Notes: generated by a model from the letters alone, not told the origin. Numbered from the stretch's first letter, positions 16,905 to 35,615 are shown. The stretch: 64,000 nucleotides of DNA from the human T2T-CHM13v2.0 reference genome, Homo sapiens (GCF_009914755.1 NC_060929.1); one strand, 5' to 3'. Numbers and translations are program-made.

Positions 16905-17240
16905 GTCTGGGCGCGGTGGCTCACGCCTATAGTCCCTTCACTTTGGGAAGCCAAGGTGGGGCAGATCACCTGAAGTCAGCAGTTCAAGACCAGCCTGGCC
17001 AAAATGGCGAGACCTCCTCTCTACTTGAGCAAATACAAAAATTTGCCCGGCGTGGTAGCGCGCACATTTAGTCCCAGCCACTCTGGAGGCTGAGGCAGGA
17101 GAATCCGTTGAGCCTAGGATGCCGAGGCTGCAGTGGGCTGAGATGAGGCCGCTGTAATCCAGCCTGGGGGACAGAGCGAGGCACTGTCTCAGAAATAAAC
17201 AAATAAAATAAAATAAACTAAAATAAAGTGACGTAAAATA
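16905..17240 (+). mobile_element. AluS-like element within unit
   Basis: Copy of 3169-3504. Confidence 0.92.
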
Positions 17241-18252
17241 AAATTGAAATAATATTTTCACGTTTCCCTCACCCAGCCCATTTTATTTTCAGAGTATTTG
17301 ATAAACCGCTTTCTTCCCTGTGCGTTAGAGAGTTTTTTTTCTCAGACATCGAAGTTTTCTAATGCTCAACTTCGTAAAATGTCTCATTTTTACTGTAAAT
17401 AGTTTCTTTACTGTTGTGAGATGTGAACTTTGCGATTCTGTGAAGAGGACTGAATTCTGAAATGCCCCCTGCATTTCCCGCCCCTCGGAGAGTCGCCCTG
17501 TGTCTGCCCCTCCCTTGGGTGTGGGCGGAAGCACGAATTGATGTGCCCGCCCGACTTCCTCATTAGATTGGGGGGTATCCTGAACCAACGGCTGCTAAGG
17601 GCTGGGTCTAATCCAGTCATCTGAGCCCTTTATAAGGGAGGACTGAACCCCCCTGTGATTACGCTCCCCTGTGGGAGATTCCCCAGCACTGGCTGTGCAC
17701 ACCCAGGGAGCCTCACGGCCCAGAACTGGGCAGCACGGGTAGGAGCTGAGAGCATCCTCACGGCAGCAGGCAGAACAAACAAGTGGGCCTGGGGCTCACA
17801 ACCCTGAGGCATTGTTGAATTCTGCCACCAACTCGAATCGGATCGAAGCCAGACCCTTCTCAGGTGGAGGCAACGACCGCACAGCCAGACCCATCCTGGA
17901 GGTCCCTCGTGGGACTCTGAGCAGGAGGCAGTCACTTGGCCTAGCAGAACTTCTGACCTGTGAGCTGGTGTTTGTTTTAAATACCCCAAATTGGTGAGAA
18001 TTCGTTCTGCATTGACCTAAAACTAACATACTCTCCTTCCACAAGTTTCTTCACACTGTGGAAGCGAGAAAATTCAGTGTGTGTGTTTGTGTGTGGGAAG
18101 GGGCGGCCGGGAGCCGTGTCCGGTTACGGCGAAACTGGCTCAGCAGAAACACAGCAGCTAAAATCTTTGAAAGGTTCTCATCGCAGATCCACAATCAAAC
18201 CACCCCAGCCGGAACTTCTGCCTGTACAGCTGCTGTCACGGAGCAGACTTGA

Positions 18253-18858
<606 letters not shown>

Positions 18859-20338
18859 GCCCAGGGCCAGAGGGCAGGGTCTGTTTGTGCAGGAATAAGT
18901 ACCGCGTTCATCTTCCAATGACAGGAGTGTGTGCGCCGGAGCTCCCGCATCTCAGTCCCACCTGGATTTACCCACGATCTTCGTGTCTTAAAATGCGAAG
19001 TTGCCCTTACCTGGATGAAGACAGCAGATCGCTTCATAGGAGCCTTGGCTAAATCTTTGGGCATTTTAATGGGATGTGGAGGCGTTTCTCTATGTCTTTC
19101 CAGCTGGAGGAATCAAGGTGCCTGGGCCTAGAGCATCCTGTGGACAGGCAGCTGCATTCAGAGAGGGAAGCCCTTCCCAGGAGATCTGTATGGTTTCCTG
19201 CTGAAGCCTGGTGTAGCTCTGTCTTAGCTTGTAGGCTTATGTCTGGGTTCCAGTAATTGGAGCTTGCAGAAATGTTTCCCCGATTGTTGTTCTTCTGTAG
19301 AATTTCAACGCTCATATGTATTTTTGTGAGTCACCACAAAAACAGTTAAACTGATCAACCGTTTTCCAAACTGCAGACACCAAATTGAAATCACAAAGCA
19401 CTTTCTTTTTTTCCCCTAAGTTGACTCTTCTATTCCTGCCTGCTGTGCTTTATGTCAGCAAGTGGCCCTTTCCTGTATTATAATGCAGTATAGTATAGAT
19501 GCATCATGTAAGACCAGAGAGAAACCGATTCCAAAACCACCTTTCCTCAAGCCGCCGTTTGTAACGACCATATGGGCGGTTTGAAGGACACAGAGAGAGC
19601 CTATTGACACTTCACTTTCGCTACACGTGGTGATTTTTCCAGTGCTTCCGGAGACACTGAAATTTAGTTCCAAACATTGCCTTAGAGGATTCTTCATTTT
19701 ATTCATTCTACCGATGATCCACTCAGAAAATCAAACCTGAGTACGGAGACATTGGAGAAGTCGTTAAAGTGTTGGACCAAGTCGGTTCGTCACGAGTGAC
19801 AAAGTTATTCCACACTCTACTTGTACATACTCTGCTTTGCCTTCAGGATGGCAAAGAGTAATTTTTCGCTATAGAGTAAAAACCCGAGATTTATTACGGA
19901 ATCAGCGTGAACCTTCCCAGCACAGCTCACAGAGCATACGCCAAAAATTACAGTGTGATTCAGTTTCAAAAATTGTCTGTAGTGACCTGTGAATTCACAG
20001 CTCGTGAGGACATTCTTTAGTTCGGCTGAAGCCAAAAAACCTGGAACCATCGAAATGGGAAGAAGTGGAGTCTGCCAAATTCTGCCTCTTACACTTTCAG
20101 CTACCACGCCATGTTCAACTATTGTACTTGATAAGGATTGGAAACTTAAGGTTCTGATAATTTCAATAGAGTTTCACCAGAGTAGTATTTCTTGTGAGAA
20201 AGCCATAATCTCATCAGTAACGCCTTTCTAAAAGATCCAACAGAAAATATGAACTAGCAACTCATCCTGACAAGGAAGTAAAACTCAGGAAAAATCCTAA
20301 GGCAGAGCAGCTTCAGGCTTCAGTGTGAAACTATCATA

Positions 20339-20674
20339 GTCTGGGCGCGGTGGCTCACGCCTATAGTCCCTTCACTTTGGGAAGCCAAGGTGGGGCAGAT
20401 CACCTGAAGTCAGCAGTTCAAGACCAGCCTGGCCAAAATGGCGAGACCTCCTCTCTACTTGAGCAAATACAAAAATTTGCCCGGCGTGGTAGCGCGCACA
20501 TTTAGTCCCAGCCACTCTGGAGGCTGAGGCAGGAGAATCCGTTGAGCCTAGGATGCCGAGGCTGCAGTGGGCTGAGATGAGGCCGCTGTAATCCAGCCTG
20601 GGGGACAGAGCGAGGCACTGTCTCAGAAATAAACAAATAAAATAAAATAAACTAAAATAAAGTGACGTAAAATA
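20339..20674 (+). mobile_element. AluS-like element within unit
   Basis: Copy of 3169-3504. Confidence 0.92.
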
Positions 20675-21686
20675 AAATTGAAATAATATTTTCACGTTTC
20701 CCTCACCCAGCCCATTTTATTTTCAGAGTATTTGATAAACCGCTTTCTTCCCTGTGCGTTAGAGAGTTTTTTTTCTCAGACATCGAAGTTTTCTAATGCT
20801 CAACTTCGTAAAATGTCTCATTTTTACTGTAAATAGTTTCTTTACTGTTGTGAGATGTGAACTTTGCGATTCTGTGAAGAGGACTGAATTCTGAAATGCC
20901 CCCTGCATTTCCCGCCCCTCGGAGAGTCGCCCTGTGTCTGCCCCTCCCTTGGGTGTGGGCGGAAGCACGAATTGATGTGCCCGCCCGACTTCCTCATTAG
21001 ATTGGGGGGTATCCTGAACCAACGGCTGCTAAGGGCTGGGTCTAATCCAGTCATCTGAGCCCTTTATAAGGGAGGACTGAACCCCCCTGTGATTACGCTC
21101 CCCTGTGGGAGATTCCCCAGCACTGGCTGTGCACACCCAGGGAGCCTCACGGCCCAGAACTGGGCAGCACGGGTAGGAGCTGAGAGCATCCTCACGGCAG
21201 CAGGCAGAACAAACAAGTGGGCCTGGGGCTCACAACCCTGAGGCATTGTTGAATTCTGCCACCAACTCGAATCGGATCGAAGCCAGACCCTTCTCAGGTG
21301 GAGGCAACGACCGCACAGCCAGACCCATCCTGGAGGTCCCTCGTGGGACTCAGAGCAGGAGGCAGTCACTTGGCCTAGCAGAACTTCTGACCTGTGAGCT
21401 GGTGTTTGTTTTAAATACCCCAAATTGGTGAGAATTCGTTCTGCATTGACCTAAAACTAACATACTCTCCTTCCACAAGTTTCTTCACACTGTGGAAGCG
21501 AGAAAATTCAGTGTGTGTGTTTGTGTGTGGGAAGGGGCGGCCGGGAGCCGTGTCCGGTTACGGCGAAACTGGCTCAGCAGAAACACAGCAGCTAAAATCT
21601 TTGAAAGGTTCTCATCGCAGATCCACAATCAAACCACCCCAGCCGGAACTTCTGCCTGTACAGCTGCTGTCACGGAGCAGACTTGA

Positions 21687-22292
<606 letters not shown>

Positions 22293-23772
22293 GCCCACGG
22301 CCAGAGGGCAGGGTCTGTTTGTGCAGGAATAAGTACCGCGTTCATCTTCCAATGACAGGAGTGTGTGCGCCGGAGCTCCCGCATCTCAGTCCCACCTGGA
22401 TTTACCCACGATCTTCGTGTCTTAAAATGCGAAGTTGCCCTTACCTGGATGAAGACAGCAGATCGCTTCATAGGAGCCTTGGCTAAATCTTTGGGCATTT
22501 TAATGGGATGTGGAGGCGTTTCTCTATGTCTTTCCAGCTGGAGGAATCAAGGTGCCTGGGCCTAGAGCATCCTGTGGACAGGCAGCTGCATTCAGAGAGG
22601 GAAGCCCTTCCCAGGAGATCTGTATGGTTTCCTGCTGAAGCCTGGTGTAGCTCTGTCTTAGCTTGTAGGCTTATGTCTGGGTTCCAGTAATTGGAGCTTG
22701 CAGAAATGTTTCCCCGATTGTTGTTCTTCTGTAGAATTTCAACGCTCATATGTATTTTTGTGAGTCACCACGAAAACAGTTAAACTGATCAACCGTTTTC
22801 CAAACTGCAGACACCAAATTGAAATCACAAAGCACTTTCTTTTTTTCCCCTAAGTTGACTCTTCTATTCCTGCCTGCTGTGCTTTATGTCAGCAAGTGAC
22901 CCTTTCCTGTATTATAATGCAGTATAGTATAGATGCATCATGTAAGACCAGAGAGAAACCGATTCCAAAACCACCTTTCCTCAAGCCGCCGTTTGTAACG
23001 ACCATATGGGCGGTTTGAAGGACACAGAGAGAGCCTATTGACACTTCACTTTCGCTACACGTGGTGATTTTTCCAGTGCTTCCGGAGACACTGAAATTTA
23101 GTTCCAAACATTGCCTTAGAGTTTTCTTGATTTTATTCATTCTACCGATGATCCACTCAGAAAATCAAACCTGAGTACGGAGACATTGGAGAAGTCGTTA
23201 AAGTGTTGGACCAAGTCGGTTCGTCACGAGTGACAAAGTTATTCCACACTCTACTTGTACATACTCTGCTTTGCCTTCAGGATGGCAAAGAGTAATTTTT
23301 CGCTATAGAGTAAAAACCCGAGATTTATTACGGAATCAGCGTGAACCTTCCCAGCACAGCTCACAGAGCATACGCCAAAAATTACAGTGTGATTCAGTTT
23401 CAAAAATTGTCTGTAGTGACCTGTGAATTCACAGCTCGTGAGGACATTCTTTAGTTCGGCTGAAGCCAAAAAACCTGGAACCATCGAAATGGGAAGAAGT
23501 GGAGTCTGCCAAATTCTGCCTCTTACACTTTCAGCTACCACGCCATGTTCAACTATTGTACTTGATAAGGATTGGAAACTTAAGATGCTGATAATTTCAA
23601 TAGAGTTTCACCAGAGTAGTATTTCTTGTGAGAAAGCCATGATCTCATCAGTAACGCCTTTCTAAAAGATCCAACAGAAAATATGAACTAGCAACTCATC
23701 CTGACAAGGAAGTAAAACTCAGGAAAAATCCTAAGGCAGAGCAGCTTCAGGCTTCAGTGTGAAACTATCATA

Positions 23773-23991
23773 GTCTGGGCGCGGTGGCTCACGCCTATAG
23801 TCCCTTCACTTTGGGAAGCCAAGGTGGGGCAGATCACCTGAAGTCAGCAGTTCAAGACCAGCCTGGCCAAAATGGCGAGACCTCCTCTCTACTTGAGCAA
23901 ATACAAAAATTTGCCCGGCGTGGTAGCGCGCACATTTAGTCCCAGCCACTCTGGAGGCTGAGGCAGGAGAATCCGTTGCTCCTAGGATGCC
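23773..23991 (+). mobile_element. Alu truncated in right monomer by the inversion junction
   Basis: Matches the unit Alu up to cctaggatgcc, then switches to minus-unit sequence. Confidence 0.92.
23989..23991. other. Inversion junction (tail-to-tail) with GCC microhomology
   Basis: ...cctaggatGCC matches the + Alu (normally ggatgccgagg); GCCcatatggtcg... matches the - unit (normally aaccgcccatatgg). Mirror symmetry x+y=47,000 (ATG 21,696 and 25,304). Confidence 0.95.
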
Positions 23992-24707
23992 CATATGGTC
24001 GTTACAAACGGCGGCTTGAGGAAAGGTGGTTTTGGAATCGGTTTCTCTCTGGTCTTACATGATGCATCTATACTATACTGCCTTATAATACAGGAAAGGG
24101 TCACTTGCTGACATAAAGCACAGCAGGCAGGAATAGAAGAGTCAACTTAGGGGAAAAAAAGAAAGTGCTTTGTGATTTCAATTTGGTGTCTGCAGTTTGG
24201 AAAACGGTTGATCAGTTTAACTGTTTTCGTGGTGACTCACAAAAATACATATGAGCGTTGAAATTCTACAGAAGAACAACAATCGGGGAAACATTTCTGC
24301 AAGCTCCAATTACTGGAACCCAGACATAAGCCTACAAGCTAAGACAGAGCTACACCAGGCTTCAGCAGGAAACCATACAGATCTCCTGGGAAGGGCTTCC
24401 CTCTCTGAATGCAGCTGCCTGTCCACAGGATGCTCTAGGCCCAGGCACCTTGATTCCTCCAGCTGGAAAGACATAGAGAAACACCTCCACATCCCATTAA
24501 AATGCCCAAAGATTTAGCCAAGGCTCCTATGAAGCGATCTGCTGTCTTCATCCAGGTAAGGGCAACTTCGCATTTTAAGACACGAAGATCGTGGGTAAAT
24601 CCAGGTGGGACTGAGATGCGGGAGCTCCGGCGCACACACTCCTGTCATTGGAAGATGAACGCGGTACTTATTCCTGCACAAACAGACCCTGCCCTCTGGC
24701 CCTGGGC

Positions 24708-25313
<606 letters not shown>

Positions 25314-26325
25314 TCAAGTCTGCTCCGTGACAGCAGCTGTACAGGCAGAAGTTCCGGCTGGGGTGGTTTGATTGTGGATCTGCGATGAGAACCTTTCAAA
25401 GATTTTAGCTGCTGTGTTTCTGCTGAGCCAGTTTCGCCGTAACCGGACACGGCTCCCGGCCGCCCCTTCCCACACACAAACACACACACTGAATTTTCTC
25501 GCTTCCACAGTGTGAAGAAACTTGTGGAAGGAGAGTATGTTAGTTTTAGGTCAATGCAGAACGAATTCTCACCAATTTTGGGTATTTAAAACAAACACCA
25601 GCTCACAGGTCAGAAGTTCTGCTAGGCCAAGTGACTGCCTCCTGCTCAGAGTCCCACGAGGGACCTCCAGGATGGGTCTGGCTGTGCGGTCGTTGCCTCC
25701 ACCTGAGAAGGGTCTGGCTTCGATCCGATTCGAGTTGGTGGCAGAATTCAACAATGCCTCAGGGTTGTGAGCCCCAGGCCCACTTGTTTGTTCTGCCTGC
25801 TGCCGTGAGGATGCTCTCAGCTCCTACCCGTGCTGCCCAGGTCTGGGCCGTGAGGCTCCCTGGGTGTGCACAGCCAGTGCTGGGGAATCTCCCACAGGGG
25901 AGCGTAATCACAGGGGGGTTCAGTCCTCCCTTATAAAGGGCTCAGATGACTGGATTAGACCCAGCCCTTAGCAGCCGTTGGTTCAGGATACCCCCCAATC
26001 TAATGAGGAAGTCGGGCGGGCACATCAATTCGTGCTTCCGCCCACACCCAAGGGAGGGGCAGACACAGGGCGACTCTCTGAGGGGCGGGAAATGCAGGGG
26101 GCATTTCAGAATTCAGTCCTCTTCACAGAATCGCAAAGTTCACATCTCACAACAGTAAAGAAACTATTTACAGTAAAAATGAGACATTTTACGAAGTTGA
26201 GCATTAGAAAACTTCGATGTCTGAGAAAAAAAACTCTCTAACGCACAGGGAAGAAAGCGGTTTATCAAATACTCTGAAAATAAAATGGGCTGGGTGAGGG
26301 AAACGTGAAAATATTATTTCAATTT

Positions 26326-26661
26326 TATTTTACGTCACTTTATTTTAGTTTATTTTATTTTATTTGTTTATTTCTGAGACAGTGCCTCGCTCTGTCCCCC
26401 AGGCTGGATTACAGCGGCCTCATGTCAGCCCACTGCAGCCTCGGCATCCTAGGCTCAACGGATTCTCCTGCCTCAGCCTCCAGAGTGGCTGGGACTAAAT
26501 GTGCGCGCTACCACGCCGGGCAAATTTTTGTATTTGCTCAAGTAGAGACGAGGTCTCGCCATTTTGGCCAGGCTGGTCTTGAACTGCTGACTTCAGGTGA
26601 TCTGCCCCACCTTGGCTTCCCAAAGTGAAGGGACTATAGGCGTGAGCCACCGCGCCCAGAC
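26326..26661 (-). mobile_element. AluS-like element within unit
   Basis: Reverse complement of unit Alu. Confidence 0.92.
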
Positions 26662-28141
26662 TATGATAGTTTCACACTGAAGCCTGACGCTGCTCTGCCT
26701 TAGGATTTTTCCTGAGTTTTACTTCCTTGTCAGGATGAGTTGCTAGTTCATATTTTCTGTTGGATCTTTTAGAAAGGCGTTACTGATGAGATTATGGCTT
26801 TCTCACAAGAAATACTACTCTGGTGAAACTCTATTGAAATTATCAGCACCTTAAGTTTCCAATCCTTATCAAGTACAATAGTTGAACATGGCGTGGTAGC
26901 TGAAAGTGTAAGAGGCAGAATTTGGCAGACTCCACTTCTTCCCATTTCGATGGTTCCAGGTATTTTGGCTTCAGCCGAACTAAAGAATGTCCTCACGAGC
27001 TGTGAATTCACAGGTCACTACAGACAATTTTTGAAACTGAATCACACTGTAATTTTTGGCGTATGCTCTGTGAGCTGTGCTGGGAAGGTTCACGCTGATT
27101 CCGTAATAAATCTCGGGTTTTTACTCTATAGCGAAAAATTACTCTTTGCCATCATGAAGGCAAAGCAGAGTATGTACAAGTAGAGTGTGGAATAACTTTG
27201 TCACTCATGACGAACCGACTTGTTCCAATACTTTAACGACTTCTCCAATGTCTCCGTACTCAGGTTTGATTTTCTGAGTGGATCATCGGTAGAATGAATA
27301 AAATGAAGAATCCTCTAAGGCAATGTTTGGAACTAAATTTCAGTGTCTCCGGAAGCACTGGAAAAATCACCACGTGTAGCGAAAGTGAAGTGTCAATAGG
27401 CTCTCTCTGTGTCCTTCAAACCGCCCATATGGTCGTTACAAACGGCGGCTTGAGGAAAGGTGGTTTTGGAATCGGTTTCTCTCTGGTCTTACATGATGCA
27501 TCTATACTATACTGCATTATAATACAGGAAAGGGTCACTTGCTGACATAAAGCACAGCAGGCAGGAATAGAAGAGTCAACTTAGGGGAAAAAAAGAAAGT
27601 GCTTTGTGATTTCATTTTGGTGTCTGCAGTTTGGAAAACGGTTGATCAGTTTAACTGTTTTCGTGGTGACTCACAAAAATACATATGAGCGTTGAAATTC
27701 TACAGAAGAACAACAATCGGGGAAACATTTCTGCAAGCTCCAATTACTGGAACCCAGACATAAGCCTACAAGCTAAGACAGAGCTACACCAGGCTTCAGC
27801 AGGAAACCATACAGATCTCCTGGGAAGGGCTTCCCTCTCTGAATGCAGCTGCCTGTCCACAGGATGCTCTAGGCCCAGGCACCTTGATTCCTCCAGCTGG
27901 AAAGACATAGAGAAACGCCTCCACATCCCATTAAAATGCCCAAAGATTTAGCCAAGGCTCCTATGAAGCGATCTGCTGTCTTCATCCAGGTAAGGGCAAC
28001 TTCGCATTTTAAGACACGAAGATCGTGGGTAAATCCAGGTGGGACTGAGATGCGGGAGCTCCGGCGCACACACTCCTGTCATTGGAAGATGAACGCGGTA
28101 CTTATTCCTGCACAAACAGACCCTGCCCTCTGGCCCTGGGC

Positions 28142-28747
<606 letters not shown>

Positions 28748-29759
28748 TCAAGTCTGCTCCGTGACAGCAGCTGTACAGGCAGAAGTTCCGGCTGGGGTGG
28801 TTTGATTGTGGATCTGCGATGAGAACCTTTCAAAGATTTTAGCTGCTGTGTTTCTGCTGAGCCAGTTTCGCCGTAACCGGACACGGCTCCCGGCCGCCCC
28901 TTCCCACACACAAACACACACACTGAATTTTCTCGCTTCCACAGTGTGAAGAAACTTGTGGAAGGAGAGTATGTTAGTTTTAGGTCAATGCAGAACGAAT
29001 TCTCACCAATTTTGGGTATTTAAAACAAACACCAGCTCACAGGTCAGAAGTTCTGCTAGGCCAAGTGACTGCCTCCTGCTCAGAGTCCCACGAGGGACCT
29101 CCAGGATGGGTCTGGCTGTGCGGTCGTTGCCTCCACCTGAGAAGGGTCTGGCTTCGATCCGATTCGAGTTGGTGGCAGAATTCAACAATGCCTCAGGGTT
29201 GTGAGCCCCAGGCCCACTTGTTTGTTCTGCCTGCTGCCGTGAGGATGCTCTCAGCTCCTACCCGTGCTGCCCAGGTCTGGGCCGTGAGGCTCCCTGGGTG
29301 TGCACAGCCAGTGCTGGGGAATCTCCCACAGGGGAGCGTAATCACAGGGGGGTTCAGTCCTCCCTTATAAAGGGCTCAGATGACTGGATTAGACCCAGCC
29401 CTTAGCAGCCGTTGGTTCAGGATACCCCCCAATCTAATGAGGAAGTCGGGCGGGCACATCAATTCGTGCTTCCGCCCACACCCAAGGGAGGGGCAGACAC
29501 AGGGCGACTCTCTGAGGGGCGGGAAATGCAGGGGGCATTTCAGAATTCAGTCCTCTTCACAGAATCGCAAAGTTCACATCTCACAACAGTAAAGAAACTA
29601 TTTACAGTAAAAATGAGACATTTTACGAAGTTGAGCATTAGAAAACTTCGATGTCTGAGAAAAAAAACTCTCTAACGCACAGGGAAGAAAGCGGTTTATC
29701 AAATACTCTGAAAATAAAATGGGCTGGGTGAGGGAAACGTGAAAATATTATTTCAATTT

Positions 29760-30095
29760 TATTTTACGTCACTTTATTTTAGTTTATTTTATTTTATTTG
29801 TTTATTTCTGAGACAGTGCCTCGCTCTGTCCCCCAGGCTGGATTACAGCGGCCTCATGTCAGCCCACTGCAGCCTCGGCATCCTAGGCTCAACGGATTCT
29901 CCTGCCTCAGCCTCCAGAGTGGCTGGGACTAAATGTGCGCGCTACCACGCCGGGCAAATTTTTGTATTTGCTCAAGTAGAGACGAGGTCTCGCCATTTTG
30001 GCCAGGCTGGTCTTGAACTGCTGACTTCAGGTGATCTGCCCCACCTTGGCTTCCCAAAGTGAAGGGACTATAGGCGTGAGCCACCGCGCCCAGAC
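29760..30095 (-). mobile_element. AluS-like element within unit
   Basis: Reverse complement of unit Alu. Confidence 0.92.
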
Positions 30096-31575
30096 TATGA
30101 TAGTTTCACACTGAAGCCTGACGCTGCTCTGCCTTAGGATTTTTCCTGAGTTTTACTTCCTTGTCAGGATGAGTTGCTAGTTCATATTTTCTGTTGGATC
30201 TTTTAGAAAGGCGTTACTGATGAGATTATGGCTTTCTCACAAGAAATACTACTCTGGTGAAACTCTATTGAAATTATCAGCACCTTAAGTTTCCAATCCT
30301 TATCAAGTACAATAGTTGAACATGGCGTGGTAGCTGAAAGTGTAAGAGGCAGAATTTGGCAGACTCCACTTCTTCCCATTTCGATGGTTCCAGGTTTTTT
30401 GGCTTCAGCCGAACTAAAGAATGTCCTCACGAGCTGTGAATTCACAGGTCACTACAGAAAATTTTTGAAACTGAATCACACTGTAATTTTTGGCGTATGC
30501 TCTGTGAGCTGTGCTGGGAAGGTTCACGCTGATTCCGTAATAAATCTCGGGTTTTTACTCTATAGCGAAAAATTACTCTTTGCCATCCTGAAGGCAAAGC
30601 AGAGTATGTACAAGTAGAGTGTGGAATAACTTTGTCACTCGTGACGAACCGACTTGGTCCAACACTTTAACGACTTCTCCAATGTCTCCGTACTCAGGTT
30701 TGATTTTCTGAGTGGATCATCGGTAGAATGAATAAAATGAAGAATCCTCTAAGGCAATGTTTGGAACTAAATTTCAGTGTCTCCGGAAGCACTGGAAAAA
30801 TCACCAAGTGTAGCGAAAGTGAAGTGTCAATAGGCTCTCTCTGTGTCCTTCAAACCGCCCATATGGTCGTTACAAACGGCGGCTTGAGGAAAGGTGGTTT
30901 TGGAATCGGTTTCTCTCTGGTCTTACATGATGCATCTATACTATACTGCATTATAATACAGGAAAGGGTCACTTGCTGACATAAAGCACAGCAGGCAGGA
31001 ATAGAAGAGTCAACTTACGGGAAAAAAAGAAAGTGCTTTGTGATTTCAATTTGGTGTCTGCAGTTTGGAAAACGGTTGATCAGTTTAACTGTTTTCGTGG
31101 TGACTCACAAAAATACATATGAGCGTTGAAATTCTACAGAAGAACAACAATCGGGGAAACATTTCTGCAAGCTCCAATTACTGGAACCCAGACATAAGCC
31201 TACAAGCTAAGACAGAGCTACACCAGGCTTCAGCAGGAAACCATACAGATCTCCTGGGAAGGGCTTCCCTCTCTGAATGCAGCTGCCTGTCCACAGGATG
31301 CTCTAGGCCCAGGCACCTTGATTCCTCCAGCTGGAAAGACATAGAGAAACGCCTCCACATCCCATTAAAATGCCCAAAGATTTAGCCAAGGCTCCTATGA
31401 AGCGATCTGCTGTCTTCATCCAGGTAAGGGCAACTTCGCATTTTAAGACACGAAGATCGTGGGTAAATCCAGGTGGGACTGAGATGCGGGAGCTCCGGCG
31501 CACACACTCCTGTCATTGGAAGATGAACGCGGTACTTATTCCTGCACAAACAGACCCTGCCCTCTGGCCCTGGGC

Positions 31576-32181
<606 letters not shown>

Positions 32182-33193
32182 TCAAGTCTGCTCCGTGACA
32201 GCAGCTGTACAGGCAGAAGTTCCGGCTGGGGTGGTTTGATTGTGGATCTGCGATGAGAACCTTTCAAAGATTTTAGCTGCTGTGTTTCTGCTGAGCCAGT
32301 TTCGCCGTAACCGGACACGGCTCCCGGCCGCCCCTTCCCACACACAAACACACACACTGAATTTTCTCGCTTCCACAGTGTGAAGAAACTTGTGGAAGGA
32401 GAGTATGTTAGTTTTAGGTCAATGCAGAACGAATTCTCACCAATTTGGGGTATTTAAAACAAACACCAGCTCACAGGTCACAAGTTCTGCTAGGCCAAGT
32501 GACTGCCTCCTGCTCAGAGTCCCACGAGGGACCTCCAGGATGGGTCTGGCTGTGCGGTCGTTGCCTCCACCTGAGAAGGGTCTGGCTTCGATCCGATTCG
32601 AGTTGGTGGCAGAATTCAACAATGCCTCAGGGTTGCGAGCCCCAGGCCCACTTGTTTGTTCTGCCTGCTGCCGTGAGGATGCTCTCAGCTCCTACCCGTG
32701 CTGCCCAGGTCTGGGCCGTGAGGCTCCCTGGGTGTGCACAGCCAGTGCTGGGGAATCTCCCACAGGGGAGCGTAATCACAGGGGGGTTCAGTCCTCCCTT
32801 ATAAAGGGCTCAGATGACTGGATTAGACCCAGCCCTTAGCAGCCGTTGGTTCAGGATACCCCCCAATCTAATGAGGAAGTCGGGCGGGCACAACAATTCG
32901 TGCTTCCGCCCACACCCAAGGGAGGGGGAGACACAGGGCGACTCTCCGAGGGGCGGGAAATGCAGGGGGCATTTCAGAATTCAGTCCTCTTCACAGAATC
33001 GCAAAGTTCACATCTCACAACAGTAAAGAAACTATTTACAGTAAAAATGAGACATTTTACGATGTTGAGCATTAGAAAACTTCGATGTCTGAGAAAAAAA
33101 ACTCTCTAACGCACAGGGAAGAAAGCGGTTTATCAAATACTCTGAAAATAAAATGGGCTGGGTGAGGGAAACGTGAAAATATTATTTCAATTT

Positions 33194-33529
33194 TATTTTA
33201 CGTCACTTTATTTTAGTTTATTTTATTTTATTTGTTTATTTCTGAGACAGTGCCTCGCTCTGTCCCCCAGGCTGGATTACAGCGGCCTCATCTCAGCCCA
33301 CTGCAGCCTCGGCATCCTAGGCTCAACGGATTCTCCTGCCTCAGCCTCCAGAGTGGCTGGGACTAAATGTGCGCGCTACCACGCCGGGCAAATTTTTGTA
33401 TTTGCTCAAGTAGAGACGAGGTCTCGCCATTTTGCCCAGGCTGGTCTTGAACTGCTGACTTCAGGTGATCTGCCCCACCTTGGCTTCCCAAAGTGAAGGG
33501 ACTATAGGCGTGAGCCACCGCGCCCAGAC
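33194..33529 (-). mobile_element. AluS-like element within unit
   Basis: Reverse complement of unit Alu. Confidence 0.92.
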
Positions 33530-35009
33530 TATGATAGTTTCACACTGAAGCCTGACGCTGCTCTGCCTTAGGATTTTTCCTGAGTTTTACTTCCTTGTCA
33601 GGATGAGTTGCTAGTTCATATTTTCTGTTGGATCTTTTAGAAAGGCGTTACTGATGAGATTATGGCTTTCTCACAAGAAATACTACTCTGGTGAAACTCT
33701 ATTGAAATTATCAGCACCTTAAGTTTCCAATCCTTATCAAGTACAATAGTTGAACATGGCGTGGTAGCTGAAAGTGTAAGAGGCAGAATTTGGCAGACTC
33801 CACTTCTTCCCATTTCGATGGTTCCAGGTTTTTTGGCTTCAGCCGAACTAAAGAATGTCCTCACGAGCTGTGAATTCACAGGTCACTACAGACAATTTTT
33901 GAAACTGAATCACACTGTAATTTTTGGCGTATGCTCTGTGAGCTGTGCTGGGAAGGTTCACGCTGATTCCGTAATAAATCTCGGGTTTTTACTCTATAGC
34001 GAAAAATTACTCTTTGCCATCCTGAAGGCAAAGCAGAGTATGTACAAGTAGAGTGTGGAATAACTTTGTCACTCGTGACGAACCGACTTGGTCCAACACT
34101 TTAACGACTTCTCCAATGTCTCCGTACTCAGGTTTGATTTTCTGAGTGGATCATCGGTAGAATGAATAAAATGAAGAATCCTCTAAGGCAATGTTTGGAA
34201 CTAAATTTCAGTGTCTCCGTAAGCACTGGAAAAATCACCACGTGTAGCGAAAGTGAAGTGTCAGTAGGCTCTCTCTGTGTCCTTCAAACCGCCCATATGG
34301 TCGTTACAAACGGCGGCTTGAGGAAAGGTGGTTTTGGAATCGGTTTCTCTCTGGTCTTACATGATGCATCTATACTATACTGCATTATAATACAGGAAAG
34401 GGTCACTTGCTGACATAAAGCACAGCAGGCAGGAATAGAAGAGTCAACTTAGGGGAAAAAAAGAAAGTGCTTTGTGATTTCAATTTGGTGTCTGCAGTTT
34501 GGAAAACGGTTGATCAGTTTAACTGTTTTCGTGGTGACTCACAAAAATACATATGAGCGTTGAAATTCTACAGAAGAACAACAATCGGGGAAACATTTCT
34601 GCAAGCTCCAATTACTGGAACCCAGACATAAGCCTACAAGCTAAGACAGAGCTACACCAGGCTTCAGCAGGAAACCATACAGATCTCCTGGGAAGGGCTT
34701 CCCTCTCTGAATGCAGCTGCCTGTCCACAGGATGCTCTAGGCCCAGGCACCTTGATTCCTCCAGCTGGAAAGACATAGAGAAACGCCTCCACATCCCATT
34801 AAAATGCCCAAAGATTTAGCCAAGGCTCCTATGAAGCGATCTGCTGTCTTCATCCAGGTAAGGGCAACTTCGCATTTTAAGACACGAAGATCGTGGGTAA
34901 ATCCAGGTGGGACTGAGATGCGGGAGCTCCGGCGCACACACTCCTGTCATTGGAAGATGAACGCGGTACTTATTCCTGCACAAACAGACCCTGCCCTCTG
35001 GCCGTGGGC

Positions 35010-35615
<606 letters not shown>

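Noticed and set aside
23979-23980. AG>CT as a 2-bp micro-inversion near the junction
   Set aside because: The A>C half already exists alone in another unit (36,757), so two separate substitutions explain it.
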